A stretch of 62,524 nucleotides of DNA from Macrostomum lignano (taxonomy: Eukaryota), in NCBI GenBank assembly GCA_002269645.1, contig NIVC01002948.1, positions 1-62,524 on the forward strand. The letters are read 5' to 3'. The notes beneath the pieces were generated by a model that saw nothing but the letters and a program-made list of their open reading frames with translations, was not told the origin of the DNA and ran no database searches. Positions 12,301-24,700 of this stretch are shown in pieces (the stretch's first letter is position 1; each line of letters opens with the position of its first letter). The translations under genes were made by a program, and so were the position numbers.

Positions 12301-14180
12301 TCACTGACAGACACATCACTGACAGACAAATCAGACAGACACATCACTGACAGACACATCACTGACAGACACATCAGACAGACACATCAGACAGACACAT
12401 CACTGACAGACACATCACTGACAGACACATCACTGACAGACATCACTGACAGACATCACTGACAGACGCATCACTGACAGACAAATCAGACAGACGCATC
12501 ACTGACAGACATCACTGACAGACAAATCACTGACAGACAAATCAGACAGACACATCAGACAGACACATCACTGACAGACATCACTGACAGACAAATCACT
12601 GACAAACACATCACTGACAGACATCACTGACAGACACATCACTGACAGACATCACTGACAGACACATCACTGACAGACAAATCAGACAGACATCACTGAC
12701 AGACACATCACTGACAGACAAATCACTGACAGAAAAATCACTGACAGACAAATCAGACAGACAAATCAGACAGAGACATCACTGACAGACAAATCACTGA
12801 CAGACATCACTGACAGACATCACTGACAGACACATCACTGACAGACAAATCAGACAGAGACATCACTGACAGACAAATCACTGACAAACACATCACTGAC
12901 AGACATCACTGACAGACAAATCAGACAGAGACATCACTGACAGACAAATCACTGACAAACACATCACTGACAGACATTACTGAAAGACAAATCAGACAGA
13001 GACATCACTGACAGACAAATCACTGACAAACACATCACTGACAGACATCACTGACAGACACATCACTGACAGACAAATCACTGACAGACAAATCACTGAC
13101 AAACACATCACTGACAGACATCACTGACAGACACATCACTGACAGACACATCACTGACAGAAAAATCACTGACAGACAAATCAGACAGAGACATCACTGA
13201 CAGACAAATCACTGACAAACACATCACTGACAGACATCACTGACAGACAAATCAGACAGAGACATCACTGACAGACAAATCACTGACAAACACATCACTG
13301 ACAGACATTACTGAAAGACAAATCAGACAGAGACATCACTGACAGACAAATCACTGACAAACACATCACTGACAGACATCACTGACAGACACATCACTGA
13401 CAGACATCACTGACAGACACATCACTGACAGACAAATCAGACAGACATCACTGACAGACACATCACTGACAGACAAATCACTGACAGAAAAATCACTGAC
13501 AGACAAATCAGACAGACAAATCAGACAGACACATCACTGACAGACATCACTGACAGAGACATCACTGACAGACATCACTGACAGACACATCACTGACAGA
13601 CAAATCAGACAGAGACATCACTGACAGACAAATCACTGACAAACACATCACTGACAGACATCACTGACAGACAAATCAGACAGAGACATCACTGACAGAC
13701 AAATCACTGACAAACACATCACTGACAGACATTACTGAAAGACAAATCAGACAGAGACATCACTGACAGACACATCACTGACAGACAAATCACTGACAAA
13801 CACATCACTGACAGACATCACTGACAGACAAATCAGACAGAGACATCACTGACAGACACATCACTGACAGACAAATCAACGACAAACACATCACTGACAG
13901 ACATCACTGACAGACAAATCAGACAGAGACATCGCTGACAGACACATCACTGACAGACAAATCAGACAGAGACATCGCTGACAGACAAATCAGACAGAGA
14001 CATCGCTGACAGACAAATCAGACAGAGACATCGCTGACAGACACATCACTGACAGACAAATCAGACAGAGACATCACTGACAGACAAATCAGACAGACAC
14101 ATCACTGACAGACAAATCAGACAGAGACATCGCTGACAGACAAATCAGACAGAGACATCACTGACAGACACAGCACTGAC
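9375..14180. repeat. 4.8-kb variant-repeat satellite of 13/15-bp units (ACATCACTGACAGAC, ACATCAGACAGAC, AAATCAGACAGAC and others)
   Basis: Continuous tandem array with unit variants and local higher-order periodicity. Confidence 0.97.
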
Positions 14181-14934
14181 AATGTAAAAAGAACAAACCC
14201 GTGAAGCAGTCAGTATCTCTATTTATGACTTGAGACTGAGTTTCACAGTCCGTACAAAAGCATTACCTTACCTTAATTAACATAAGCTTGTAAGGAAACA
14301 TCTGCACTATTAAAATATGTCAATATTATTTTAGAAAACTTCAGATTAAATTCAAAACAAGATTAAAAAAAATTAATTATAGGCTTGTATTAAACAGAAA
14401 GTGGCCAAGAAGATCAGAGCATGAAAAAGGATAACAGGACATAGGGAAGAATTTTACCAAGAGCTGCAAAAATATTTTCCCACATTACTCCCACGCTGAC
14501 ATCCCAACTCATGGGGGGAGTACGGTAGTCTTCCCGGCAGTTTACCGCGTGGATTGAGTAGAGAAATGCAATTAATAATGTGTCGCCTCGTATAAAATAG
14601 AGTTAACTATAATTAATAAGGCATTGAGTCCTGATTAATACTTTGACTGGCAGCGGAGCGAATAGCCGGGTTTAAACAGAGATTAACCGTAGCAAAATGG
14701 AAGCTTTATTAGAGTTGCTAAGTGTACGACCGTATCGTATCAGCTATCACCAAGATTAAGTAAAACAGCAGTGAACTACGAGTGTTCAGCACGAAATTAT
14801 GGTCGGTAAAAAATCAGAATTTCGAGACGCTAGCCTAACCCGATACTGGAACATGGACTACTGACTCCAATCCATGGAATAGCAGCGCCAATCCAGATAC
14901 TTATGCATTTATAGCACCTTGAAAATACAATTAG

Positions 14935-15270
14935 AGTCCAAGGACTACCAATTAAGTTTAGGGACTACCAATCGAGTTCAGGGACTATCAATGGAGTTCA
15001 GGGACTACCAATCGAGCCCAGGGACTACCAATTAAGTCCAGGGACTACCAATCAAGTGTAGGGACTACCTATTGAATCCAAGGACAACAAATCAAGTCTA
15101 GGGACTACCAATGAGACCAGGGACCACCAGTTAAATCCAGGGACTACCAATCGAGCCCAGGGACTACCAATCGAGCCCAGGGACTACCAATTAAGTCCAG
15201 GTATTACCGCTCCACTTCAGAGGACTTTACAATACTCTAATTTCTGAACTATGAATTCATCAAGTTCAGG
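14935..15270. repeat. Degenerate 21-22-bp minisatellite (AGGGACTACCAATCGAGCCC) downstream of 4E-BP
   Basis: GGGACTACCAAT core recurs at about 21-bp spacing. Confidence 0.85.
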
Positions 15271-15388
15271 GACTATCAATCCAATCCGTGGTTAGAAACC
15301 CAATGAAAGCAAAAATTTCCCGAAGTCAACTGGAAAATCTGCATGTTAAAAAAAGCAGTCAACAGGGACCCAACGAGATTATCCAGGG

Positions 15389-15872
15389 TCAAACATCGAT
15401 GTGAAATTCTGTAGCACCCCCGGCACCGCCGTCGCCATCTTTTCTTGGCGTTTTCCCCTCGCCGGCGGCGTCGCAGTCGCCATTGACAACGGCCGGATTG
15501 AACTCGGCCTCGGCCTCTTCATCAGCCTCAGCCGGGCAGGTGACTCCCGGAATGCGGGCCACGTGAACTGGCGGCGTCCTGGCCAGCGGGCTGTCGCGCC
15601 TGCTCAGCAGGAACTCCCGGTCGTACACAATCCTGGTGCCGCCCGGAGTGGTGCTGAAGATGGTGCCGCCGGGCGTCTGCGAGTAGTCGCGGGGCAGCTG
15701 CGAGCCGCTGGTGACTCGGACGCGACGCACCATGGGGATGCCGCCGCTGCTGGTCTCGTTGCCGTTCACCTCCTGGTTGAAAGAGTTCAGAGGATATCAA
15801 AGTAGAAACAGATGCCAGAGGACAGGAGTTGACAAGTGCAAAAATATTACTCACTGGACCCTTGTTTGACAT
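15389..15872 (-). CDS. EIF4EBP: eIF4E-binding protein (4E-BP/Thor), 133 aa, 2 exons (15872-15855, 15772-15389)
   Basis: [28 protein letters not shown] contains the two TP phosphosites and the YxxxxLphi eIF4E-binding motif; SP/TP sites follow; C-terminal FHIDV is TOS-like (canonical FEMDI). An 18-nt first exon (MSNKGP|GTGAGT) joins in phase 0 through an 82-nt intron. Confidence 0.93.
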
Positions 15873-16869
15873 GGCTGACTGGTTGATGAGCAGATGGGCT
15901 TGGGAGATTGTAAAAGTTGCTCTGAATGCGCTGGAATGAGTTTTGACAGTGAGAACATTTACATAATTGCCAGTTAAGCTCAACAGTTATACAGTTGCAT
16001 TCCTATTCGTTTTGGAGAACTTTTTGAAATAAATAGTATTTTGAGCAAAATGATGCAATAATTAGCTTATGAGCATTTATTTTACTTCTAGAGAAACATT
16101 TGTTTACTTTTCAAGCAGTTTTTATGTCCAAATTGATACCCTTGGCGCATATTGATTCAACCTGTTTATGGACTTGTTTAGTTTATAGACAATACGAGTA
16201 TATTGGTAAGTATTATTATTATTAAAGCTTTGTTTTATTTTACTCATGACAGCATATGGTACGAGCTCGTATTTCGAGCGTATATTATATTATAGAAAAG
16301 ACAGACACAATGCTTCACAGCCTCAGCCTCTAGGCCTTATTGACAATTAATTCAAACTTCATCACTTTGGCTAGACAGCAAGGCAGCCCTTCAATTCAAG
16401 TTATTGTGCAAGTTGCTCAATATAGCAGTACATACTTGTATACAAGGTTTCTTCTAACAAAGATAGACCCTATGCTACAGACTGCTAAAGTGCTTTGTGC
16501 TGGTGCAAGTAAATCTTATTCAATTGAGTCAAACTTAAAAGCCTTGATGCAGCAAAATTGAGCATTAAAGAAAAATTTTTGCATTTAGAATCTCCAGTTC
16601 TTGGAGCTGGTCTGAACTGCCACAACCGGCAACACAACTAGCTGTCCAATTATTGTTTGCAATGACTTGGTGGGACTCATTGCTCACATTGCTTAGCAAC
16701 ACAGCTTCAACAACTTTCAGTTTACTAGGTCTTGATGATGGTGACAGATTTTTTCAAGTTTGCATTTCAATAGTTGGCTCAAATAAAAAGTATGAAATCA
16801 GTGCTCAAAAAGCCACTATCAGTAAAAAAAATTGACACAAGTGTCAAGATCTCGTTGTTTGCAATTGTC

Positions 16870-17023
16870 AAATGTCCCTAACCCGACCGAAAATATGTCC
16901 TTTCAAAAACAGTTAGTGTGCCAGTTGTGCCACAATATGCCCTTTGACAGAGTTATAAATGTATTTGTATGTCATATTTGGCACACTTGATACAATTGTA
17001 CCAATTGTGCGATAGCTATGCCA
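16870..17023. repeat. Left remnant of an approximately 150-bp tandem repeat (GGCACACTTG...TACAATTGTACCA..TTGTGC), split by the Helitron insertion
   Basis: Homologous to 24229-24700; ends in GCTATGCCA exactly at the insertion point. Confidence 0.8.
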
Positions 17024-17378
17024 CTAGCAATCTAGCGCCCCCCTTCGGGGTGGCCAATAAGCAAGGGACGAATCCTTTAAAATGAATAAAAATTCTTAGG
17101 GAGGGGGGCTAGGAATCGAATTCTCATTTTAATTCCAGGCTTATGTACCAATAAAACATGTTTGTGCAGAATTTTATAACAGACATTGAAATTCAACCAT
17201 ACTTGCCTTTTTTCAGAGCTAATTCTACCAGTATGCTTCAGTACGCTACCAGTACCCTTGTAAGCCTTGACATGTCAGCAATCCCCCCCCCACAAGCCTT
17301 AACATATCAACTCCCCCTTGACATCTCAGCGATGCTCCCATAAGCCTTGAAATCTTAAAAAATCTGTCTACTTTCTAA

Positions 17379-17408
17379 CCCTAACCCTAACCCTAACCCT
17401 AACCCTAA
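17379..17408. repeat. Interstitial telomeric tract (CCCTAA)5
   Basis: Five perfect units; a degenerate counterpart lies at about 17797-17845 in the second copy of an approximately 500-bp internal duplication. Confidence 0.9.
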
Positions 17409-18249
17409 AGCATTGAAATTTCAGTAATTCTCTCTAAGAGTCTATAGCACTACTACAGCATTATAGCGATTCCCTGCAAGCCTCGACATCGTAGGGATTC
17501 CCAAATGAATCTCTTAACTTCGACATGAAGCTTCTTTTTTTTACATTACGCTTTTTCTATCAGCGATCCCTCCCGTGAGGAGCCAACAAATAATGTAATA
17601 ACTTTTTTCCAATAAACTACATGTAGCTTCTGACATTAGCCTTGACATCTCATTTATTCCCCCGTGAGCCTTGACATCTCAGCTATAGATAGATAGATAT
17701 ATAGATTCCCCTCGTAAGCCTTGACATGTCAGCGATGCCCCCCATAAACCTTGAAATCTAAAAAATCCCCTGTTAACCTTGAAACGCGCTAAAATCTAAC
17801 CCTCAACCCAAACCTGACGTAAACCTAACTTTCACCCAACCTAAAGCCTTGAAATCACAGCAATTCTTCTTCCCTAAGCCTTGGCATTTAAGTGATTCCT
17901 TCTTTAAGAATCACAGCACTATAACGATTCCCTCCAAGCTTTGACATTGTAGCAATTCCCAAATGAATCTTTTAACTTTGACATGACTTTTATTTTATGT
18001 ATACATAGTGCTCCTTTTATTTTTACATGACTCTTCTTCTATCAGCGCCCCCCCACCGTGGCAAGCCAACAAAGAATGCAATAAAAAAACTTAAGTAAAG
18101 TACATGTACTTTGAAGTAGCTTCTGACTTTTGCTTTAACATCTCAGAAACCCCCCTGTAATCTCAGTTATTCTCTGTGAGCCTTGACGTCTCAGTGATTC
18201 TCCCCAGCACAGCACTATAGCTTCATTTAATTTTTATGACACTTGTTTC

Positions 18250-19685
18250 ATGTCTGACATGACGCTTCTTTTGATTTTTACGTTACGCTTCTTTTATTCT
18301 TCCATGATGCTTCTTAATTTTTTAAATGACACACTTTCATTAGTTTTTATATGAGGCTTCTATGATTTTTTCATGACGCTTCTATGTTAACATGACGCTT
18401 CTATGCTTGTTTACATGACGCTTTTATGATTGTTTACATGACGCTTCTATGATTGTTTACATGACGCTTGTATGATTGTTTACATGACGCTTCTATGATT
18501 TTTTACATGACGCTTCTATGATTTTTACATGACGCTTCTATGATTTTTACATGACGCTTCTATGATTTTTTCATGGCGCTTCTATGATTTTTACATGACG
18601 CTTCTATGATTTTTACATGACGCTTCTATGATTTTTTACATGACGCTTCTATGATTGTTTACATGACGCTTCTATGATTGTTTACATGACGCTTCTATGA
18701 TTTTTTATGACGCTTTTATGATTTTAACATGACGCTTCTATGATTTTTTACATGACGCTTCTATGATTGTTTACATGACGCTTGTATGATTGTTTACATG
18801 ACGCTTCTATGATTTTAACATGACGCTTCTATGATTGTTTACATGACGCTTCTATGATTTTTACATGACGCTTCTATGATTTTTTCATGACGCTTCTATG
18901 ATTTTTACATGACGCTTCTATGATTGTTTACATGACGCTTCTATGATTTTTACATGACGCTTCTATGATTTTTTACATGACGCTTCTATGATTGTTTACA
19001 TGACGCTTCTATGATTGTTTACATGACGCTTTTATGATTGTTTACATGACGCTTCTATGATTTTTACATGACGCTTCTATGATTGTTTACATGACGCTTG
19101 TATGATTGTTTACATGACGCTTCTATGATTTTTTATGACGCTTTTATGATTTTAACATGACGCTTCTATGATTTTTTACATGACGCTTCTATGATTGTTT
19201 ACATGACGCTTGTATGATTGTTTACATGACGCTTGTATGATTTTAACATGACGCTTCTATGATTGTTTGCATGACGCTTCTATGATTTTTTTATGACGCT
19301 TTTATGATTTTAACATGACGCTTCTATGATTTTTTTACATGACGCTTCTATGATTGTTTACATGACGCTTGTATGATTGTTTACATGACGCTTTTATGAT
19401 TTTAACATGACGCTTCTATGATTTTTTATGACGCTTTTATGATTTTAACATGACGCTTCTATGATTTTTTTACATGACGCTTGTATGATTGTTTACATGA
19501 CGCTTGTATGATTGTTTACATGACGCTTTTATGATTTTAAATGACGCTTCTATGATTGTTTACATGACGCTTCTATGATTTTTACATGACGCTTCTATGA
19601 TTTTTACATGACGCTTCTATGATTTTTACATGACGCTTCTATGATTGTTTACATGACGCTTGTATGATTGTTTACATGACGCTTC
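18250..19685. repeat. 22-23-bp minisatellite A (ACATGACGCTTCTATGATTGTTT), about 60 copies
   Basis: Direct tandem copies. Confidence 0.95.
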
Positions 19686-19741
19686 CATATTTTTTTTGTC
19701 TTGGCGTTAAAAAGCTTTAATTAAAAAAACTCTACTCTCTA

Positions 19742-19805
19742 AAAATTCGAACCATCGTCCCTGCATTTAGCAGTTTAGTCTGTTTACCTCTAGGCTAGCT
19801 CTCAT
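19742..19805 (-). other. tRNA-derived Pol III cassette, copy 1 (not a functional tRNA)
   Basis: Minus strand: A-box-like TAGCCTAGAGG, B-box GGTTCGAAT about 44 nt downstream, then T-runs. Confidence 0.6.
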
Positions 19806-19964
19806 GAATTTTAGTCATTAACTAGCAATCTTCGCCCCCCGATGGGGGACATCTAGATAGAATCTCTGTTCTCTACAAGTATCAATAAGATAACCAAACA
19901 AAGCCTTCACATAGTCAATAGAAAAACTGCTCAGATGAAGTGCAATGCAAAAAGAAAACATCCT

Positions 19965-20320
19965 AAGACAGCAAGCATCCCCTCAGATAGCAAGCACCTC
20001 CAGATAGCAAGCACCCCCCCAGATAGCAGGCACCCCCAGTTAGCAAGCACCCCCCAGATAGCAGGCACCCCCAGATAGCAGGCACATCCAGATAGCAGGC
20101 ACCCCCAGATAGCAAGCACCCCCAGATAGCAAGCACACCCAGATAGCAGGCACCCCAGATAGCAGGCACCCCCAGATAGCAAGCACTTCCAGATAGCAAG
20201 CACCCCCAGATAGCAAGCACTTCCAGATAGCAAGCACCCCCAGATAGCAAGCACCACCAGATAGCAAGCACCCCCAGATAGCAGGCGCTCCCAGATAGCA
20301 AGCACCCCCAGATAGCAAGC
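19965..20320. repeat. 18-bp minisatellite (CAGATAGCAAGCACCCCC), about 19 copies; degenerate homologue at 22430-22625
   Basis: Direct tandem copies. Confidence 0.92.
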
Positions 20321-20321
20321 G

Positions 20322-21810
20322 ACATGGTGGCTTTTTACTGTTCGACATGGTGGCTCTTTAATGTTTGACATGGTGGCTCTTTAATGTTCGAAATGGTGGC
20401 TCTTTAATGTTTGACATAAAGTCACATACATGTTTGACATGGTGGCTCTTTAATGTTTTACATGGTGGCTCTTTAATGTTTGACATAAAGTCACATACAT
20501 GTTTGACATGGTGGCTCTTTAATGTTTTACATGGTGGCTCTTTAATGTTTGACATGGTGGTTCTTTAATGTTCGACATGGTGGTTATTTAATGTTTGACA
20601 TGGTGGCTCTTTAATGTTCGACATGGTGGCTCTTTAATGTTCTACATGGTGGCCCTTTAATGTTCGACTTGGTGGCTCTTTACTGTTAGACATGGTGGCT
20701 CTTTAATGTTCGATATGGTGGCACTTTAATGTTTGACATCATGCCAGATTTATGTTTGACATGGTGGCTCTTTAATGTTCGACATGGTGGCTCCTTTAGA
20801 TTTGACATAATGGCTCTTTAATGTTTGACATGGTGGCTCTTTAATGTTCGATATGGTGGCTCTTTTATGTTTGACATGGTGGCTCTTTAATGTTTCACAT
20901 GGTGGCTCTTTAATGTTTCACATGGTGGCTCTTTAATGTTTAACATGGTGGCTCTTTAATGTTCTTCATGATGTAGCTCTTTTATGTTACACATAGTGGC
21001 ACTTTAACGTTCGACATGGTGGCTCTTTAATGTTTGACATAAAGTCACATATATGTTTGACATGGTGGCTCTTAAATGTTTGACATGGTGGCTCTTAAAT
21101 GTTTGACATGGTGGCTCTTAAATGTTTGACATGGTGGCTCTTAAATGTTTGACATGGTGGCTCTTTTATGTTCGACATGGTGGTTCTTTAATGTTTCACA
21201 TGGTGGCTCTTTAATATTCTACATGGTGGCTCTTTTATGTTTGACATGGTGGCTCTTTAATGTTCTTCATGGTATAGCTCTTTTATGGTAGACATAGTGG
21301 CTCTTTAATGTTTGACAATGTGGCTCTTTAATGTTTGACATGGTGGCTCTTTAATGTTTGACATAAAGTCACATATATGTTTGACATGGTGCCTCTTGAA
21401 TGTTCAACATGGTGGATCTTTTTTGTTCTACATGGTAACTCTTATGTTTGATACGGTGGCTTTTTTATGTCTGACATGTTGGCTCTTTAATGTTCGACAT
21501 GGTGGCTCTTTAATGTTCGACATGGTGGCTCTTTAATGTTCAAAATGGTGGCTCTTTAATGTTCGACATGGTGGCTCTTTAATGTTTGGCATGTTGGCTC
21601 CTAATTGTTTGACATAGTGGCTCTTTAATGTTCAAAATGGTGGCTCTTTAATGTTCGAAATGGTGGCTCTTTAATGTTGGAAATGGTGGCTCTTTTATGT
21701 TTGACATAGTGGGTCTTTTATGTTTGACATGGTGGGTCTTTTATGTTTGACATGGTAACTCTTTTATGTTCGATATGTTGGCTCTTCTATGTTTGACATT
21801 GCGCTTCTTT
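20322..21810. repeat. 23-bp minisatellite B (GACATGGTGGCTCTTTAATGTTT), about 64 copies
   Basis: Direct tandem copies with an occasional AAAGTCACATA variant. Confidence 0.95.
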
Positions 21811-21871
21811 GATGTTTAGCAGTTTTGTTGTGTTTTTAAGGTGTTTTAATAAAAAAAATCTTTTTGCACTA

Positions 21872-21933
21872 CTAAGATTCGAACCCAGGTCGCTACATTA
21901 GCATTCCAGTCTGTTTGCATCAGGGCTATCTCT
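21872..21933 (-). other. tRNA-derived Pol III cassette, copy 2
   Basis: Minus strand: TAGCCCTGATGC...GTAGCGACCTGGGTTCGAATCT with a perfect B-box, followed by a T8 run. Confidence 0.65.
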
Positions 21934-22649
21934 TTTTAATTGGAGAACATAAATTGTGGCCCTTATAATTCAATTCTTTCAGCAAGTCAATTGGAGTAAA
22001 AAGTTATGACATAATCAATTTCTCAGTCAGCCAGTATCAGTCTCAATTTAAGTTAGCAATATGGTTACGCAATTTAAATCATGTCGTGTGTGCATTTCTT
22101 CGGCACTGTTTTCAACTTGTTGTGATGCAATCTTTATCAGAATTGGAATTCAGTCAGTCAGTTTTTTCTCTAGCATTCTTACAATGCATTTTAAGTCGAA
22201 AATTTGGCTTGACCTTTGCAAAAAAGCATGTTTTTCGAATATTTAATCCCTTTAACATTGAGCAATTTCTTAGCCAAGATGCATGTACCGTCCCAGGAAA
22301 ATTTCTGATCGAATGGTGCAAGTTTGAAGAAAATCGGTTGAGCCATTTTTTCTGAAATCTATCGCATAGCTAGTTACAGACATTTCATTTTTAGTATATA
22401 GGATTTACCCCTAAATAGAAAATATTCCCAAGACAGCAAGCATCCCCCCAGTAGCAAGCATCCCCTAATACTCCTAGCAAGCATCCACCCAGATAGCAAG
22501 CATCTGCAGATAGCAAGCATCTTGCAGATAGCAAGCATACCCCAAATAATGTAGAAGCATCCTTCCAGATAGCAAGCATCCTGCACATAGCAAGAATCCC
22601 TAAATAGCAAGCATCCCTGGATAGAAATAATCCTATACATGTAGCCAAG

Positions 22650-23560
22650 CTTATCAAGCGCAGTAATCCTTGGCTATCGAGTGCAGTAATCCTTGGTTTA
22701 TTAATAGCAATAATCCATGGCTTATCGAGTGCAGTAATTCTTGGTTTGCCAAGTGCAGTAAGTAATCCTTGGTTTATTAATAGCAATAATCCATGGCTTA
22801 TGAATGCAGTAATCCTTGGTTTATTAATAGCAATAATCCTTGGCTTATCGAGTGCAGTAATCCTTGGTTTATTAATAGCAATAATCCTTGGCTTATCGAG
22901 TGCAGTAATCCTTGGTTTATTAATAGCAATAATCCTTGGCTTATCGAGTGCAGTAATCCTTGGTTTGCAAAGAGCAATAGTCCTTGGTTTATTGAGTGCA
23001 GTAATCCTTGGTTTGCCAAGTGCATAATCCTTGGTTTATTAATAGCAATAATCCTTGGTTTATCGAGTGCAGTAATCCTTGGTTTATTAATAGCAATAGT
23101 CCTTGGTTTATTGAGTGCAGTAATCCTTGGTTTATTAATAGCAATAATCCTGGGCTTATCGAGTGCAGTAATCCTTGGTTTATTAATAGCAATAATCCTT
23201 GGTTTATCGAGTGCAGTAATCCTTGGTTTATTAATAGCAATAATCCTTGGCTTATCGAGTGCAGTAATCCTTGGTTTATTAATAGCAATAATCCATGGCT
23301 TATCGAGTGCAGTAATCCTTGGTTTGCCAAGAGCAATAGTCCTTGGCTTATCGAGTGCAGTAATCCTTGGTTTGCCAAGAGCAATAGTCCTTGGTTTATT
23401 GAGTGCAGTAATCCTTGGTTTATTAATAGCAATAGTCCTTGTTTATTGAGTGCAGTAATCCTTGGTTTATTAATAGCAATAATCCTTGGCTTATCGAGTG
23501 CAGTATTCCTTGGTTTGCCAAGAGCAATAATCCTTAGCTTATCGAGTGCAGTAATCTAAG
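22650..23560. repeat. 24/48-bp higher-order minisatellite C (GAGTGCAGTAATCCTTGGTTTATT / AATAGCAATAATCCTTGGCTTATC)
   Basis: Alternating 24-bp subunits. Confidence 0.95.
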
Positions 23561-23624
23561 TGTTTTTATTTAGTCCTTTAATAAAAGCTTTGAATAAAAA
23601 ATTTTACACTACTACTTTTAAACT

Positions 23625-23690
23625 CCTTAGATTCGAATCCAGGTCGCTGCATTGGCAGTCTGGTCTGCTCAGCTCTAGGCTAGCTCTCAT
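23625..23690 (-). other. tRNA-derived Pol III cassette, copy 3
   Basis: Minus strand: TAGCCTAGAGCTG...CAGACTGCCAATGCAGCGACCTGGATTCGAATCT, resembling the 3' half of tRNA-Gln/His, followed by a T6 run. Confidence 0.6.
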
Positions 23691-24228
23691 CGAAGTTATC
23701 AGTGAATTTGTACCACTTATATAATTCAACACTCACACCAAGTCAGGTAGAGTAAAAAGTCGCGCGAAGCAGTTATGACATAATCAATTTCTTAGGCAAG
23801 TCAGTACCAGTGTCTATGAAAGCTAACAATATGGTTACGTAATATAAATTCAGTACTGCACTATACTTTCACACTCAAAGCTGTGACGCAATTCAATTGA
23901 GTGTCAAATTCAGCCAGTACACAGACGATAAATAAAGTGTATTGTGATGCAATCTATTTCAGAATCAGAATTTAACCAGTCAGTTTTTTCTCTAGCATTT
24001 TTACAGTGCGTTTCAAGTCGAAATAGCTGCTTGACCTTTGCAAAAAAGCATGTTTTTCGAATATTTAATCCCTTTAGCATCGAGCAATTTCTTAGCCACG
24101 ATGCATGTACCGTCACGGAAAAATTTCTGATCGAATGGTGCAAGTTTGAAGAAAATCGGTTGAGCCATTTTTGCTAAAATCGATCACACACACACACACA
24201 TACCGACAGACCATTTTTAGTATATGGA

Positions 24229-24700
24229 TTTGGCACAGTTTGTAAATGTCAATGTATGTCCTATTTGGCACACTTGACACAAATAGCATTTTTACTGCTA
24301 ATTGGCCAATGAAACCAATTGGCACACTTGGCACACTTGCTACAATTGTACCAGTTGTGCCACAGCTATACCATTTAGCACAGTTATAAATGTCTTTGTA
24401 TGTCCAACTTGGCACACTTGACACAAATAGTATTTTTATTACTGTTAATTGGTCAGCAAAACCAGATGGCACCCTTGGCACACTTGCTACAATTGTACCA
24501 GTTGTGCCATGGCTATGCCATTTGGCACGGATTGTAAATGTCTCTGTATGTCAATTTTGGCACACTTGACTCAAATACTCGTAGTATTTTTACTGCTAAT
24601 TGGTCAGAAAAACCAGATGGCACCCTTGGCACACTTGCTACAATTGTACCAGGTGTGCCGTAGTGATGCCATTTGGCATGGATTGTAAATGTCTCTGTGT
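24229..24700. repeat. Approximately 150-bp tandem repeat, about 3 copies (Helitron target); related degenerate sequence at about 28600-28870
   Basis: GCACACTTGCTAC recurs at 24331, 24478 and 24629. Confidence 0.85.

Larger units (their letters stand above)
19822..22403 (-). mobile_element. Nested non-autonomous Helitron of the same family, 2582 bp
   Basis: 5' end TCCTATATACTAAAAATG with an approximately 440-bp block closely similar to 23740-24228. 3' C-run/G-run hairpin about 10 nt before CTAG. Flanked by A (19821) and T (22404). Confidence 0.8.
17024..24228 (-). mobile_element. Composite non-autonomous Helitron, 7205 bp
   Basis: Minus-strand 5' end TCCATATACTAAAAATGG followed by (TG)n. 3' end is a GC hairpin (CCCC-GAA-GGGG) about 12 nt before CTAG. 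The flanks rejoin as GCTATGCCA|TTTGGCAC, identical to the uninterrupted repeat unit at 24512-24528: an A|T insertion with no TSD. No Rep/helicase ORF. Confidence 0.85.

Noticed and set aside
18250-23560. CRISPR-like appearance of the regular 22-48-bp arrays
   Set aside because: Units are contiguous with no unique spacers, the context is eukaryotic, and there are no cas genes.
19742-23690. Functional tRNA genes
   Set aside because: Acceptor and D stems do not pair and the anticodon region differs between copies; only promoter boxes and the 3' half are recognisable.
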